Shown here piece by piece: positions 1-13,804 of a stretch of DNA of 64,000 bases; position 1 is the stretch's first letter, and every line of letters starts with the position of its first letter. Source of the DNA: Octopus sinensis (lineage: Eukaryota); NCBI RefSeq assembly GCF_006345805.1, contig NC_043009.1:9300001-9364000 (forward strand), given 5' to 3'. The notes beneath the pieces are model-generated. The model saw nothing but the letters and a program-made list of their open reading frames with translations. It searched no databases and was not told the origin of the DNA. A program made the position numbers and the translations under genes.

Positions 1-17
1 CAAGACAAAGAAACATG

Positions 18-110
<93 letters not shown>
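18..110. repeat. (CA)n microsatellite. Other major tracts: (TA)n ~700-865, 2430-2508 and 9900-10135; (ATT)n 1719-1790; (TAA)n 13625-13683 and 14350-14458; (ATCT)n 48290-48365
   Basis: Read directly from the sequence. Confidence 0.97.
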
Positions 111-285
111 AACACACAATTGAATGAATGACAAAAGAACAGGAGCTACTTAATCATTTTTACTAGCTTACTGTTGTTTCTGCTATAAGTAAGCAAGCAT
201 CCAGAGCTGAGTGCTCATGCAACATCTAAATGATGAGTCTCTATTGTGGAAAGCATTTAAATGTATATATATATATATATATATG

Positions 286-560
286 CTAGCAGCTAAGCCC
301 GGTTTCACCCGGTCTGTTTGGATGATGTGGCTTTGATCGTTTTGGGTTAGGCATAATCTATAACAGCGTTTTTCAGCCTTATCATTTCGGGTCCCCTGTT
401 TCGATTGGAGCCTCCAGCTGTATGAAAATTTCCTGAGCCCCACCCTCGACAGAAAACAGCTTCAGGAGTTGTGAAGAAAGAATTTGTAGATAGTCTGTTT
501 CTGAGAGCTATTCTATTGGACCTCTGTGTAATCACGTCTTTTAAGATACATACATAGAAA
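286..560 (+). mobile_element. Possible non-autonomous Helitron/Helentron (DINE-1/HINE-like) element in a TA run
   Basis: Starts ctagcagctaagcccggtttcacccgg after (TA)n, as in the CTAG..CCCGG-type ends of such elements; no coding evidence. Confidence 0.3.
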
Positions 561-744
561 ATGTGAGGTCATGGTAGAAAATTTTTACGATAGTTGATTT
601 ATGGAAAAGATTATGCTAAATTTTTGAAATGCAAATATGTGAATGAAAATTAAGTTCAGGCCTCTACATGGTAGCTAGACCTGGTAGAAATAGCAGCCAA
701 TATATATATATACATATTCATATACATATATATATACATATATA

Positions 745-824
<80 letters not shown>

Positions 825-833
825 CATATTTGT

Positions 834-869
<36 letters not shown>

Positions 870-1715
870 TAGAGAAAAACCGCTATTATGCAATTCAAAC
901 AATGATAGACATAAACCAAATCATAAATAAAAAATAAAATATATTTTAAAACATACAACTAGATCACAAGAGTACAAAAATGAATAAACAATATATCATA
1001 AGTAAAAAGACTACGTACATTTCATGGCTATAATTTAAATCCAAATTACAATTAAATTCAAATTTAATTGAAAAACAATTCACTTTAAAATTATAATCAC
1101 TCTCAGGTCAACAATGATAAATAGTTAAATAAATAAGCAAATAGAATTAAACACTATTCCTTAAAGAAAGAAAATCATGATTTTTCTTAAAGAAGAAACT
1201 CCATTAACTAAATTTGAAACTTAAAACATTAGGACCAGTTGCCTACAATACATTTATCATGTTAAGTATTTAAAGTAAAAAAAATAGAGTAAATAGATAG
1301 AAAAATGTATTTATCTGTGAAGATATAATTTAGCTTTAATAAAAAATATTAATAAACTATAGAATATCTTTAACCTAGCTATACTCTAATATTTTATTAC
1401 CAAACTATTTTACAAAACAATCACACTTAATATTTTTAGATGTTAGTTCACATATAATAATTATAAAATAATAAAATTATAAAATATATAAAAGTACACA
1501 TCTAAATTATAATCAACAAATATAGCAATTAGAAATCCATATTTTTTCAATCAATAAACATATAGATATATAAATAAATTACTCCATTATTACTTAGATA
1601 AATATTAAAGATATCATTCTGAAAATATTTATGAAATAAAAAAATAAGAAATGAAAAATTCCAAAACTAAAAACGTATAACTTATCGTTTATAAAATTAT
1701 TTGCGAAAAAAGTAC

Positions 1716-1791
<76 letters not shown>

Positions 1792-1801
1792 ATTTAATAG
1801 G

Positions 1802-2192
1802 ACTAGAAATATGATAAAAACCGATAGTTATACTAAAACATTTTTACAATCTAAATCTCAAAGTAACAAACTAATATTTTACAATTTACGTTCAGATATA
1901 ATAATTATAAAATAATAATAATTAAATAAATGTACGTATCTAAATTATCATTAACAAATAAAAAATTAGAAATTCATATTTAATAATGTACTTTATATAA
2001 GTATTGATTGATAAATATGAATTTCTAATTTTTTGTTTGTTAATGATAATTTAGATACATACATTTATTTAATAATTATTATTTTATAATTATTATATCT
2101 GAACGTAAATTGTAAAATATTAGTTTGTTACTTTGTGATTTAGATTGTAAAAATGTTTTAGTATAACTAAAAGCTCTTATTATATTTCTAGT
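1802..2192. repeat. AT-rich inverted repeat, ~181-bp arms (1802-1982 / 2012-2192), 29-nt loop; diverged third copy at ~1372-1560
   Basis: For example ctaatattttacaatttacgttcagatataataattataaaataat pairs with attattttataattattatatctgaacgtaaattgtaaaatattag. Confidence 0.9.
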
Positions 2193-2433
2193 ACTATGGT
2201 TGGAAAGCAAATTTTTTACCACACAGTCAAGTGTATGGTTAAAAATGTATATATATATATATATATAATTTTTGCCTCTTTTTATGGAGACAAAAGGGTT
2301 TATAGAACTGCAAAAAACAAGTGCTCAAATGAAATTGAGACAGAGATAAAAGAGTATTGATTAGTGAACAAATATCAAATTCGAGTAAATGACTTTATAC
2401 AACACCACGCCTCCATACAGTTGATCAGATATA

Positions 2434-2510
<77 letters not shown>

Positions 2511-2826
2511 CCATGGCCTTCAACAAATGAAAGGAAATTGTATATAAAAACACAGGAGGTAAACAATATATATGCACATAAAAATACAAATATATAGAAC
2601 AGCCTATCAAGAAAAGGTATATACAATTGATTAAAAATAATTAATCAAAATGAATTACTAAAGGGTGTCAGGCAACTAAAGAGCTTTAAAAATGTATCAA
2701 TCGACTAAAAAAGAAAGTTTTTACTCCCCTCAATTAAAGATATGTCAAAATAGTTTGTTTCATAAGACCCATGGTAGGTTGAAGTCCAAGGAGCATAAGA
2801 GAATTCCACAAAGTCAAGTCAAAACA

Positions 2827-2911
2827 CATCGATGTCCATTTCGGGAGTTCACTGCCACAGTCCGATTATGAGTTAAAGTGCATCTTGGCAATGACCCCTT
2901 CATCAGGATAA
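2827..2911 (-). ncRNA. Type I hammerhead ribozyme with long stem II
   Basis: Minus strand: UAUC - CUGAUGA - A - GGGG..CAUUGCCA/UGGCAGUG..UCCC - GAAA - UG(GA)CA - UC - GAUG. Stems I and III are short. Confidence 0.62.
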
Positions 2912-3013
2912 ACAGGAATCTCAGCAATTAGTTATTCACAAGAGTTACAAAATGGCTGCAGAACCTAATTTAAAGATAATAACCTATAGCAGGATCAGTC
3001 CAAAATGTTCTAA

Positions 3014-3073
<60 letters not shown>

Positions 3074-3425
3074 TCAATATATGTATATAATTTTTCCAGT
3101 TATCTATTCACACAAGATAGATGTCCAAACACAAACCTGGAAGTATGTGTAATACTACTACTGGATAGCACAGGATAAATCTGAAAGTGGACAAGCTTTA
3201 TACTGTACACTACTACATTCTTAACGGAAGTTACCATAACTATATATACATACACCAAGTAAGTTAGGGGATATGGATCCAACCAACTAAGGGATAATAC
3301 TTATCCAATATACTGTTGGTATAATACCCAAATTCTTAATTACACAAGTGTTTTTAATTGCAATGAAATTAACTTATTTATTGTATTAAATGGGTGAAAG
3401 TAAAGAAATATTTTACCATTAATTT

Positions 3426-3610
3426 ATAATACAAATAAGAAAATGGAGAAACAATTTAGTTGGTTCATCAGCTTTCGGATAATTAGAATGTTGAATTATT
3501 TATTCATTTAAAAAAAATAAGAACCTTAATAGCATACATATATACATTATAATTCAATACATATAAGATGAACCAACTAAATTGTTTCTCCGTTTTCTTA
3601 TTTGTATTAT
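3426..3610. repeat. Inverted repeat, 44-bp arms (3426-3469 / 3567-3610)
   Basis: ataatacaaataagaaaatggagaaacaatttagttggttcatc against its reverse complement, one mismatch. Confidence 0.9.
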
Positions 3611-3624
3611 ATATATATATATAT

Positions 3625-4156
3625 AATTAATTGTTATCGCCATATTAATATGGCATTCTTATAGATATAAGAATAATCGCTGCCGCTGGTCAGCTCCATG
3701 AGGCCACCGCCTTAAGATAGCTATTGATACACGATCTGTATCCATTATAACCTTCGAACAAGGGAGGCCAGCCGCTTCACATTGCCAGTCCGACAGTAAA
3801 CGCTGTCGTAATTTCTTTTATAGAGACTTAGTAATTTTAATATTTCTATTATTGAAAACAAGTGGATGTATTCCACTGAAACTAGGTAAATATAAGCCTT
3901 CGAACAGAGACGATCTGTGGCGACACCTGCTGGGTCTGACTACGTTACATTGACAAGGGGCAATACCCCGAAATGCGTCTGTAGCTGTCAGACTGGCAGT
4001 GTGAAGCGGCTGACCTCCCTTGTTCGAAGGTTATAATGGATACAGATCGTGTATCAATAGCTATCTTAAGGCGGTGGCCTCATGGAGCTGACCAGCGGCA
4101 GCGATTATTCTTATATCTATAAGAATGCCATATTAATATGGCGATAACAATTAATT
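3625..4156. repeat. Fold-back inverted repeat, 172-bp arms (3625-3796 / 3985-4156), plus a ~58-bp direct repeat (3794-3851 / 4159-4217)
   Basis: The arms are reverse complements with three mismatches that I could see. Confidence 0.92.
3934..3993 (+). ncRNA. Decayed hammerhead ribozyme (core UUGACAA in place of CUGANGA)
   Basis: Stem I UUACA/UGUAG with distal GUCUGAC/GUCAGAC; stem II GGGG-CAAUA-CCCC; GAAA; UGCG-UC. The C-to-T and G-to-A changes suggest a CUGACGA...ACGCGUC ancestor. Confidence 0.6.
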
Positions 4157-4211
4157 TCCAGTAAATGCTGTCGTAATTTCTTTTATAGAGACTTAGTAAT
4201 TTTAATATTTC

Positions 4212-4249
<38 letters not shown>

Positions 4250-4254
<5 letters not shown>

Positions 4255-5340
4255 GAAATTATTGTGTATAGTGGACAGGTGCATTACAACTCAGCAAAGG
4301 TGCATGTATTGTACATAGAATTGTGTACAAATGTGAGGAAAGTGAACAGTGTATGAGTCATGATATACATGTGTGCATGTGTATGGAGTGGTAGATGTCG
4401 GGTGTAGTGTTGGTGAATTTCAGAAAGCAAGGATGCAATGTTTTGGCTGCTAACAACTGATGCAGGTAGTTTGTTCCATGCTTCAGCAATTCTGGGTGTG
4501 AAAAAATGCTTCTGAAAGTCATGGGAGCTGTGCTGCTTTCTGACCTTGTAGGCATGCCCACATGTGTTAGACACATGAAGTTCAAAAAGGTGCTCAAGGT
4601 GGTTGTTGGCACAATGGTTAATAATTTTGTGGGTGTTTACCAAGTCAGTTGCCAGACATCGGAGCTTCAATGTATCTATGCCCAGGGAAGCAAGGCGTTC
4701 AGAGTATGGTAGATGCCTGATGGAGGGTATTCACTTGGTTGCACTTCTCTGAACAGTTTCCAGACTGGTGATACAAATTCCAAGTGTGGCTGCACCATTA
4801 CCATATACAGCCTTGCCAATACATCCTCAGCCTTCTTGACAATTTTAGAGATGTGCTTTGTCCAGTGCAAATCACTGCTGACAGCAATGCCCATGTCACT
4901 TTCACAAGAAGACTTCTTGATATTAGTGTTGTGGAGAGAGTATGTGGACACTGGGATTTTCCTCCCAAAATGCATCTTGGTACCCTTGTCCACAGCCAGC
5001 TTGAGTTACCAGTCAGTGATCCGTTATTGCATTGTGTCCAGGTTTGATTGCAGGAAAGATCTATAGTATTCAGGATCTGTCATTTTTATCTCAAGGTACA
5101 GCTTGATGTCATCTGCATATTTCAGCACTTTAAGTTGGTATCTATGTCATTAATGTATGCAACAAACAAAAGGGGACCAAGAATAGATCCTTGTGACACA
5201 CTAGATGACATCTTTTCAGCACCCCCTTGTACTTTCCACCTACCAAATTCCACTCACATAGTGCTGGTTAAAGTGGGTCTGCAATGGAAGGATAATTGTC
5301 CAAGATACTCTGTTGTAGGATCAAGCCTGAAAGTACATGG
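4250..5340 (-). mobile_element. Decayed CR1-group LINE, RT and 3' end
   Basis: QGSILGPLLF and YADDIK on the minus strand (5100-5200), MVQPHLEF and FFTPRIAEAWNKLP downstream; frameshifted. Confidence 0.8.
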
Positions 5341-5555
5341 TTGTAAAGTAAACTTCTTAATCATTCAACCGTGAAAAACAAATTTAGTCAAACTCGAGTG
5401 AATTTTTAGTTTGTAAAAATATTTGTTCAGAATTTTAAAATTGAGTTTCACTTCATAAATTGCTTAGCAACTAAAATTATAAGGTGCGTGTGTGTGTGAA
5501 TGAATTTACATAGATTGCGGGTATTAATGTAAAGTGATGTATATATATATGTATG

Positions 5556-5633
<78 letters not shown>

Positions 5634-5784
5634 TATAATATCTAAATGTATATTTTACACATACTTCATGGTGCATTGTAAACCACCAACTGTTGATAAT
5701 ATTACTATTGAGCAAATATTGGGGTTTTCTTCACTTATTATTTGTTAATTTTAAAACAGATCACCGTTGGACTCCTTCCTCCTG

Positions 5785-5875
5785 CACATCACCATCATCA
5801 TCACCATCATCATCACCATCATCATCATCTTGTCGTCGTCGTCGTCATCATCATCATCATCATCATCACCATCAC

Positions 5876-5914
<39 letters not shown>

Positions 5915-6165
5915 CCTCCTCCTCATCATTATCCTCGTCATCATCATCATCATCACCGTCGTCGTTGTTGTTGTTTTTGTCATCATCATTATTGCCATCA
6001 TTTTTGTCATTGTCATCATTGCCATGTCTGCTGTTACTGCCACCAGCACTAGCACTACCAACACCATCAGTGGTATCAGCAGCAGCAGCAGCAGCACCAC
6101 CACCACCACCACCATCACCACCACTACCATCTTCATCATCATCATTATCATCATCATCATCAAAC
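5785..6165. repeat. Compound (CAT/CAC/CGT)n microsatellite; similar tracts at 15095-15450, 33055-33155 and 33440-33625
   Basis: Read directly from the sequence. Confidence 0.95.
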
Positions 6166-8239
6166 CTTTAGTCACCATTGTTACTCCCATCACCAGCACC
6201 AACACTTAGGTGAGTCAATAAAGTAGGCCGTATGTGGTTTACAAAACCTACAAGAAATAGCAGCTGAATTGCTCTCAAATAACACTGAACAGGCTTAAAA
6301 TCATCATTGCTACTCACTGTAAAAAAAGAACACTTTGTTGATGGTGGTGGTGGTGGTGGTGATGGTGGTGGTGGTGGTTATATAAAAAGTTATATAAAAA
6401 GACTGCTGTATATCCCTGGAAAATCCACAGGTGGTAAATATTCAGTTTTATAGTTAATCTATAGTTAATTATATACGGCAAACTGAATCAAAAGGGATTC
6501 ATCGAATATATATGATTTATGCATGGACAGGTAAATGTTTGTTCATTTTAATTTTAATTCAGTATTCAGCTTACTGTATGATATGCTTGTGTTTCTATGA
6601 AATACAGAGATTATAAAAGCATCAGAGCCCAGCTAACTAAAAGACTTTGTCAGTATCTGTACAATATCCAGACCTAGTGAATGTAATATAGAGGTGGGGA
6701 TGGACAAACAGAAAAGTAGAGACACTGCCAATTACATTAGTAGATGGTCATGTGTCTTCATTTCACTGTTTGTCCATCCTGCCCCTCTGCTATTTTGCTT
6801 TCATTAGGCCTGAATTTTGTGGAAATTTAAGCATAGTGGAATTTTATTAGTTGATGTGATTGTCATCTGTCTCAAATTCTGCCGAGGTCGACTTTGCTTT
6901 CATCCTTTCGGGGTCGATAAATTAAGTACCAGTTGCATACTGGGGTTGATCTAATCGTCTGGCTCCCTCCCCCAAAATTTCAGGCCTTGTGCTTAGAGTA
7001 AAAAAGAATGTTTACAGTTGTTATAGGATTCATTGTGTGCAAGATTAGGGGAATAAATACTCTTCTTGGACATGAGTAAAGGTTGGTGACAGGAAAGGCG
7101 TCCAGCCATAGAATATTACCTCATCAAGTCTTGTCAAACCTATATCATTAAAAAAAAAAAACAGGTAAAATAATGATAATAATGAAAAAGATGTTTGAGA
7201 CACATTATCACTGAGCAAGCCACTCTCCAATCTCTACGTTCCTGATGTTACTATTAAATGCTGCTACATATAATATCTCCTGCTCCTGAAGCCCTAAAAG
7301 TGCTTCTACGGATCACTATGATATTTCAATTTCATGACAGATAAGAGGTAGCTCTCCCCTTCATAGAATGTCAGTATATTGGGAATAACTTTCCCATACA
7401 ATTTGCTACCCATTTCCAAGCAAACAGGTGAGAAGAAGAATATTGCACTAGAAGTAGAACCTAAATACTCAACAAAACACCAGTTACAATTTATCAACTC
7501 GTAGTTTACTGCCTTACCTAGTTGGCCTGTCATAACTAGTTGGCCTGCTAAACAGATTCAGTTGAGTTGAATAACTTATAAAGTACAACTGACATGTAGT
7601 TAGGTGGTGTATTGTTACTCTAAACAAGAGAATAAGTGTGGTAATTTAAAACCCTTTCTAATATCTAACACTGTTTAACTGTGGTTGCCAATGTATAAGG
7701 CAAAATAAATTTACAATTAATCCAGATGTTAAATACATTTTCTAAAGAATGGAGGTTGAAATGAATACAACTAATCTGTTCCGTCACATTCCCTCCCCTT
7801 TTAAAAATAAGACAATGAGATTGTTACGCACACAGACATATTGAAAGAGAAAAGCAAGGTACGGTATTTGCCATGCAGAGTGTAGTTTGTTAGTTTGTTG
7901 TCAGGGAGAGGAAATGCCTAAAATTTTGGGCTGAATCTTTAATCAGAAAATAAAGCACCCTTTTTATTCCAAATTCTTTGTGGTGACTGGCTCTGATACA
8001 TTGATGCTGTTGCCATCATTTTGTAATCGGCAGCTTCAGCTGGGTTTCTGGGTTTGGCATTGATGGTATTAGCAGCATCAGTGCCAGCATCATTCACTGT
8101 CCATTTTCCCAATGCTTGCATGGGTTAGATGGAATTTGTTGAGGCAGATTTTTCTAAGGCTGTTTCCAAGCAAAGTAATGTTTCCTATGCCCAGACATGC
8201 TTCTACGAAAGACTGGAAATGGAAGACACTACTTGTTAA

Positions 8240-8605
8240 TGACTTGTAGGGATGTGATAGTCCGTTATCGGGACCCCCCTTCGGTCACGACACTGACCAT
8301 GGGATTGCACCTAGAAAGTTACCCTCCTAGTCACAAGTCTGGGCAAGGTGGTTTATGGAAGACCAGCAGTCGCCCATGCATACCGGCCTCCCCTCTCTAC
8401 GCCACCAGTGTTATCCAAGGGAAAGGCAGCAGCCGATACAACTTGGCACCCGTGATGTCGCAACTCATTTCTACAGCTGAGTTAACTGGAACAACGTGAA
8501 GTAAAGTGTCTTGCTCAAGAACACAACACGCAGCCTGGTCCGGGATTCGAGCTCACAACCTCATGATCATAAGCTCAATGCTCTAACCATTGAGCCATGC
8601 GCCTC
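8240..8605 (-). mobile_element. tRNA-derived SINE family C; partial copies at ~53925-54130 and ~16035-16110
   Basis: Minus-strand head ggcgcatggctcaatggttagagc...gagctcgaatcccg. Confidence 0.8.
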
Positions 8606-8862
8606 CGTTATACAATCATAATAAACTACAAAGTATATTAAACGTTTTTATAAGTCAATACTCTGTTCTACTGTGTTAGCAGTGCTACTAAATCACTTGT
8701 TGGGGTTATATCTACAGATATTCTATAGAAATTATAACCAGCACTGATTTCTGTTACGAGGTTTCATATCTGAGGAGTCAGATGTAAACAATGATGATCT
8801 CACTCAATCGTGCAATGACAAGACAAGGAGATACAAACACACATTCATACATACATGTGCAT

Positions 8863-8918
<56 letters not shown>

Positions 8919-9926
8919 ACATACACACACACACACACACACAAACTCACATAAACACATATATATGCATAAGATGATAATGATGATGATGATGATGATG
9001 AATCATGGTCATATGATTCATCACAGTGCAGATAAAAACCACAAATTCCTCTCTTCAAAGATTGGTACTCTATTGATTTGGTTACTGGTACTCTCATGGA
9101 CAGGGGAATAGTTTCATCATTTCATCATCATTTCAATTAGTGTCCATTTTCCATGCTGGCATGGGTTGGATGGTTTGACAGTTGCTAGCAATGCCAGGAG
9201 CTGCATCGTATTCCATAGTCTGTTTTAGCATGGTTCTACGGCTGGGTCCCTTTTCTAATGCCAACCACTTCACAAAGTGTACTGGGTGCTTTTTATGTGG
9301 TAGCAGTACCAGTGCATGTTTTGGTGGGACCAGCAGTCTATAAAATATATTAGTTAAAACATTTATTTCAGCAATATGTAACAAAGACAATGAATGTGTT
9401 AGACTTTTCATAATCAGATTACCTCTTGATTTTTTATTAAGGGATATACTTCTTTTAAGGAAAGAGAATGTCAATAGCTTTCCATTATTATTTGCACCAT
9501 TCTATGAATAATTTGAATTCCATGCAGCAACCACATGGTTCTGGGTTCAGTCCCACTGCGTAACACCTTGGGCATCTTCTACTATAGCCTTGGGCTGACC
9601 AAAGCCTTGTGAGTGGATTTGGTGGATGAAGATTGAAAGAAGCCTATCATATATACGTATATATATATATATATAATGGCGGTGCCCCAGCATGGCCACA
9701 GCTTGTGAGCTGAAACTAGATAAAAATTTTTAAAAAGTAAATATATATATATATATGTTTGTATATATATATGTGTATATATAAATAGAAGGGGCAGGCA
9801 ACAGGTTGCTTAGCCGCATACCGAAAAAATTAGAAATAGCAGTCATAGACTGTTTATTTCTATTTTCTACAAATGGGACTCCACATACGACATATCCCTG
9901 TAATTCACATATGCATATATATGTAT

Positions 9927-10035
<109 letters not shown>

Positions 10036-10038
10036 GTA

Positions 10039-10136
<98 letters not shown>

Positions 10137-11301
10137 TGTATGTATATACTTGTGTGACTGTGTTTGTCCCCTCACCATTGCTTGACAACTCATGCTGGTG
10201 TGTTTACATTCCCATAACCTAGCGGTTTGGCAAAAGAGACCAATAGAATAAGTACTAGGCTTACAAAGAATAAGTCCTGAGGTTGATTAGTTCGACTAAA
10301 GGCAGTGCTCCAGCATGGCTGCAGTCAAATGACTGAAACAAGTAAAAGAAAAAGAATACAGTGATGATGCTTTGCTGGCTGCCTGGAGCAGTGTTTCTCA
10401 TGTAGGGATAGTCCAACCCATGCCAGCAAGGAAAATAAGCATAAAATTATGATGAAGAAGAGGCGGAGGAGGAGGAGGATGAAGATGGCCGTTCCTTAGA
10501 AACTAGGTATTGTGAGAAATAATTATATTCTAATTTCTAATGCATTTATGTGTCTTTTTGTATTTTATTCTGTGTTTGTAATTTTGTGCCAGTGGCACAT
10601 AAAAAGCACCAACTGATCGTGGCCTTTGCCAGCCTCGCCTGGCACCTGTGCTGGTGGCACATAAAAAGCACCCACTACACTCATGGAGTGGTTGGCATTA
10701 GGAAAGGCATCCAGTTGTAGAAACACTGCCAGATCAGACTGGGCCTGGTGCAGCCTCCTGGATTCCCAGACCTCAGTCAAACTGTCCAACTCATGCTAGC
10801 ATGGAAAGCGGACGTTAAACGATGATGATGATGATGATGATGATGTGGGTAATGATGATGAGGCACAGTATATCTCCCAAATGTGTGTGTGTATGAAGTG
10901 GTTGGTTGGGGTATTGTCATCTGTAGGTCATAAGGAGATCCTGCAGGGAAAAAAATTACCTCTTGCTAGGGTATTGCATTAAAATTTGGCCTAAACCAGG
11001 TCATAGTTGAAATGAAATTTCCCTCTCATCCATGGTGGCATTTGATGGACTTGGCACTGGCTTCTGTGCCGGTGGCACATAAAAAGCACCAACCGATTGT
11101 GGACGCTGCCAGCCTCCTCTGGCATCTGTGCCGTTGGCACGTAAAAAGCACCCACTACACTCATGGAGTGGTTGGCATTAGGAAGGGCATCCAGTTGTAG
11201 AAACACTGCCAGATCAGACTGGAGCCTGGTACAGCCCCCTGGTTTCCCAGGCCCCAGTCGAATCGTCCAACCCATGCTAGCATGGAAAAGGGACATTAAA
11301 C

Positions 11302-11334
<33 letters not shown>

Positions 11335-12239
11335 ACATTTTCAAGACAGTCTTTTTATTTAATTTCTTATGGAATTTGAGTTTATGAAAGAAAAAGAAAA
11401 AAAAATTGATAAAGAAAGCAAGGTTGCAAAACATTGACCTAAGGAATTGTACGGTACCCTTTTTGCGTATCTTTGTAAAGCTCAGTGAATGAGGACATTA
11501 ATAAATATTTGAATATCTGGGATAAATTGTTATTCATACGGTTAAAATTTTTTTATGCATTATAACTTCGTCTACAGAGATGAAAGCATTTTTACCATCT
11601 CCAACTAGACTACATTTCATTCAGTTTGATCTTTATTCAGCATCATGTGTCTTAGACATGTACATAATTAATACCAGACTGGGATTGAACAAGAAATCTT
11701 TATTTTTAAACTAGGGGAAATAATGTTCTTATCGACTAGGTCAATGGTGCATTTGCACAAAGAGAACAATTTGAAAAATTGTAATCTTATTAGGTCGTTA
11801 AAAGTTAGGAGTGCCACTGATAATATATAAACTTCCTGCCTTTCTCTGGTAGGCCAACTAGCACCCTGTTGACTCAGCTAAACATTCGTTTGGTTAATTC
11901 GACCTAATTGATCTCTGAACTTTCAATCATTCAAATTAACTGGTGCAACTCTAATGATGTATGATGATTTAGATTGTGTTAATGATCTCTCTGAGCCAAG
12001 TTCCATGCTTTACATGGTAGACCTCCTTTATTGATTATCTTCATAGCAGTTTCTTTAGTCTGAGTTCTCAACTCAAGCATGGCGCTTTTTAAATGAGTTC
12101 TTATAAGGAACAGTGTCTATAGTAACAAACTGCACATGAAAAGAAAATATCTTAGAAAATATGGAATAGTTGTAGTTGGGATTGCTGATTTAGAACAAAT
12201 CTGCTTATTATAGAGCGTTAATATTTGTATTAATAAAAG

Positions 12240-13205
12240 CAGCAAAATGGTAGAATTATCATCCCTGGAGAAATGCTTATCAGAATTTCGTGTGTCTTTA
12301 TGTTCTGAGTTAAAATTTCGCCAGGGTTAACTTTGCCTTTCTTTCTTTCGGGGTTGATAAAATAAGTACCAGTTGAGCACTGGAGTCGATGTAATTGACT
12401 TACCCTCTCCCCAAAACTTGCTGGCCTTGTGCCAAAATTTGAAACCAATATTTATTATAAGGTGGCAAGTTGGTAAAATCATTTGCATGTTGGCAGTGAG
12501 TTGGCAGAAACGTTAGCATGCTGGGTGAAATGCTTAGTGGTATTTCGTCTGCCGCTATGTTCTGAGTTCAAATTCTGCCGAGGTTGACTTTGCTTTTCAT
12601 CCTTTCGGGGTCAATAAATTAAGTACCAGTTACGTACTGGGGTCGATATAATCGACTTAATCTGTTTGTCTGTCCTTGTTTGTCCCCTCTGTGTGTAGCC
12701 CCTTGTGGGCAGTAAAGAAATAAAGATCATTTGCATGTTGGGCAAAAGGCTTTGCAGTATTTCACCCATCTCTATGTTCTGAGTTCAAATTCCACCAAGG
12801 TTGACTTTGCCTTTCATCTTTCTGGGGTCAATAAAATAAGTACCAGTTGAGCACTGGCATTGATGTGATTGACTTCCCCTCTTGGCTCATACTTACTGGC
12901 CTTGTACAAAAAATTTGAGAACAATATTTGTATTATTAACACCATGTATAAATGTTTGTATAAGTGGATCTTATTTCTTTATTGCTCACAAGGGGCTAAA
13001 CATAGAGGGGGCAAACAAGGACTGACAAATGGATTAAGTCGATTACATCGACTCCAGTGTGTAACTGTTACTTAACTTATCGACCCCCGAAAGGATGAAA
13101 GGCAAAGTTGACCTCAGCCGAATTTGAACTCAGAATGTAGCGGCAGACGAAAAACCGCTAAGCATTTCACCTGGTGTGCTAATGATTCTGCCAGCTCACC
13201 GCCTT
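12240..13205. mobile_element. Cluster of four tRNA-derived SINE family B copies (three +, one -); further copies at ~6870-7010 (+), 34215-34445 (-) and 40805-41040 (-)
   Basis: gagttcaaattc(c/t)gccgaggt(c/t)gactttgc(c/t)tttcatcctttcggggtcgataaa(t/a)taagtacc core. Confidence 0.88.
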
Positions 13206-13619
13206 ATGTTTGTATAAGTGGATCTGTGAATGCACAAGTGTTAGGAGATGACAAAGAACCAAATTAACTGACACCTTGCTGTACTCCAGAAGACCTGTCC
13301 TCCACAGCAGGAGTGTTAATACTGCTCACCCTGATGAAAAGGTTTAGCCTGCAAGAGCCCTGCACTGGCATCATGTAAAAGCATTCATGCTGATGCCATG
13401 TTAAAAGCACCCAGCACACTCTGTAAAGTGGTTGGCATTAGGAAGAGCATCCAGTCATAGAAACCAAGCCAAATCAGACTGAAACCAGATACAGCCCTCC
13501 TGTTTGCTAGCTCTGGTCAAACTGTCCAACCTATTGCGGCATGGAAAATGGACATTAGAGGAGGATGATGAGGACGATGAAGATGATGAGGATTTATCTC
13601 AACATCAACACTCTTGTGA

Positions 13620-13685
<66 letters not shown>

Positions 13686-13804
13686 TACTACTACTACTAC
13701 TACTACTACTACTGATGATGATGATGATGATGATGATGATGCTGATGATGATAATGATAATAATATAATAATAACAATAATGATAATAATTATAATAATA
13801 ACAA

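Noticed and set aside
7939-8121. 60-aa non-repetitive ORF
   Set aside because: Its start lies in a decayed (GAT)n-tail repeat end, with no motif or splice support.
11961-11994. C/D-box snoRNA-like ATGATGA...CTGA
   Set aside because: The boxes are only ~30 nt apart, with no terminal stem or recognisable guide.
13331-13365. CTGATGA followed by a short hairpin (possible hammerhead)
   Set aside because: No GAAA after stem II (it reads GCAA) and no stem I or III.
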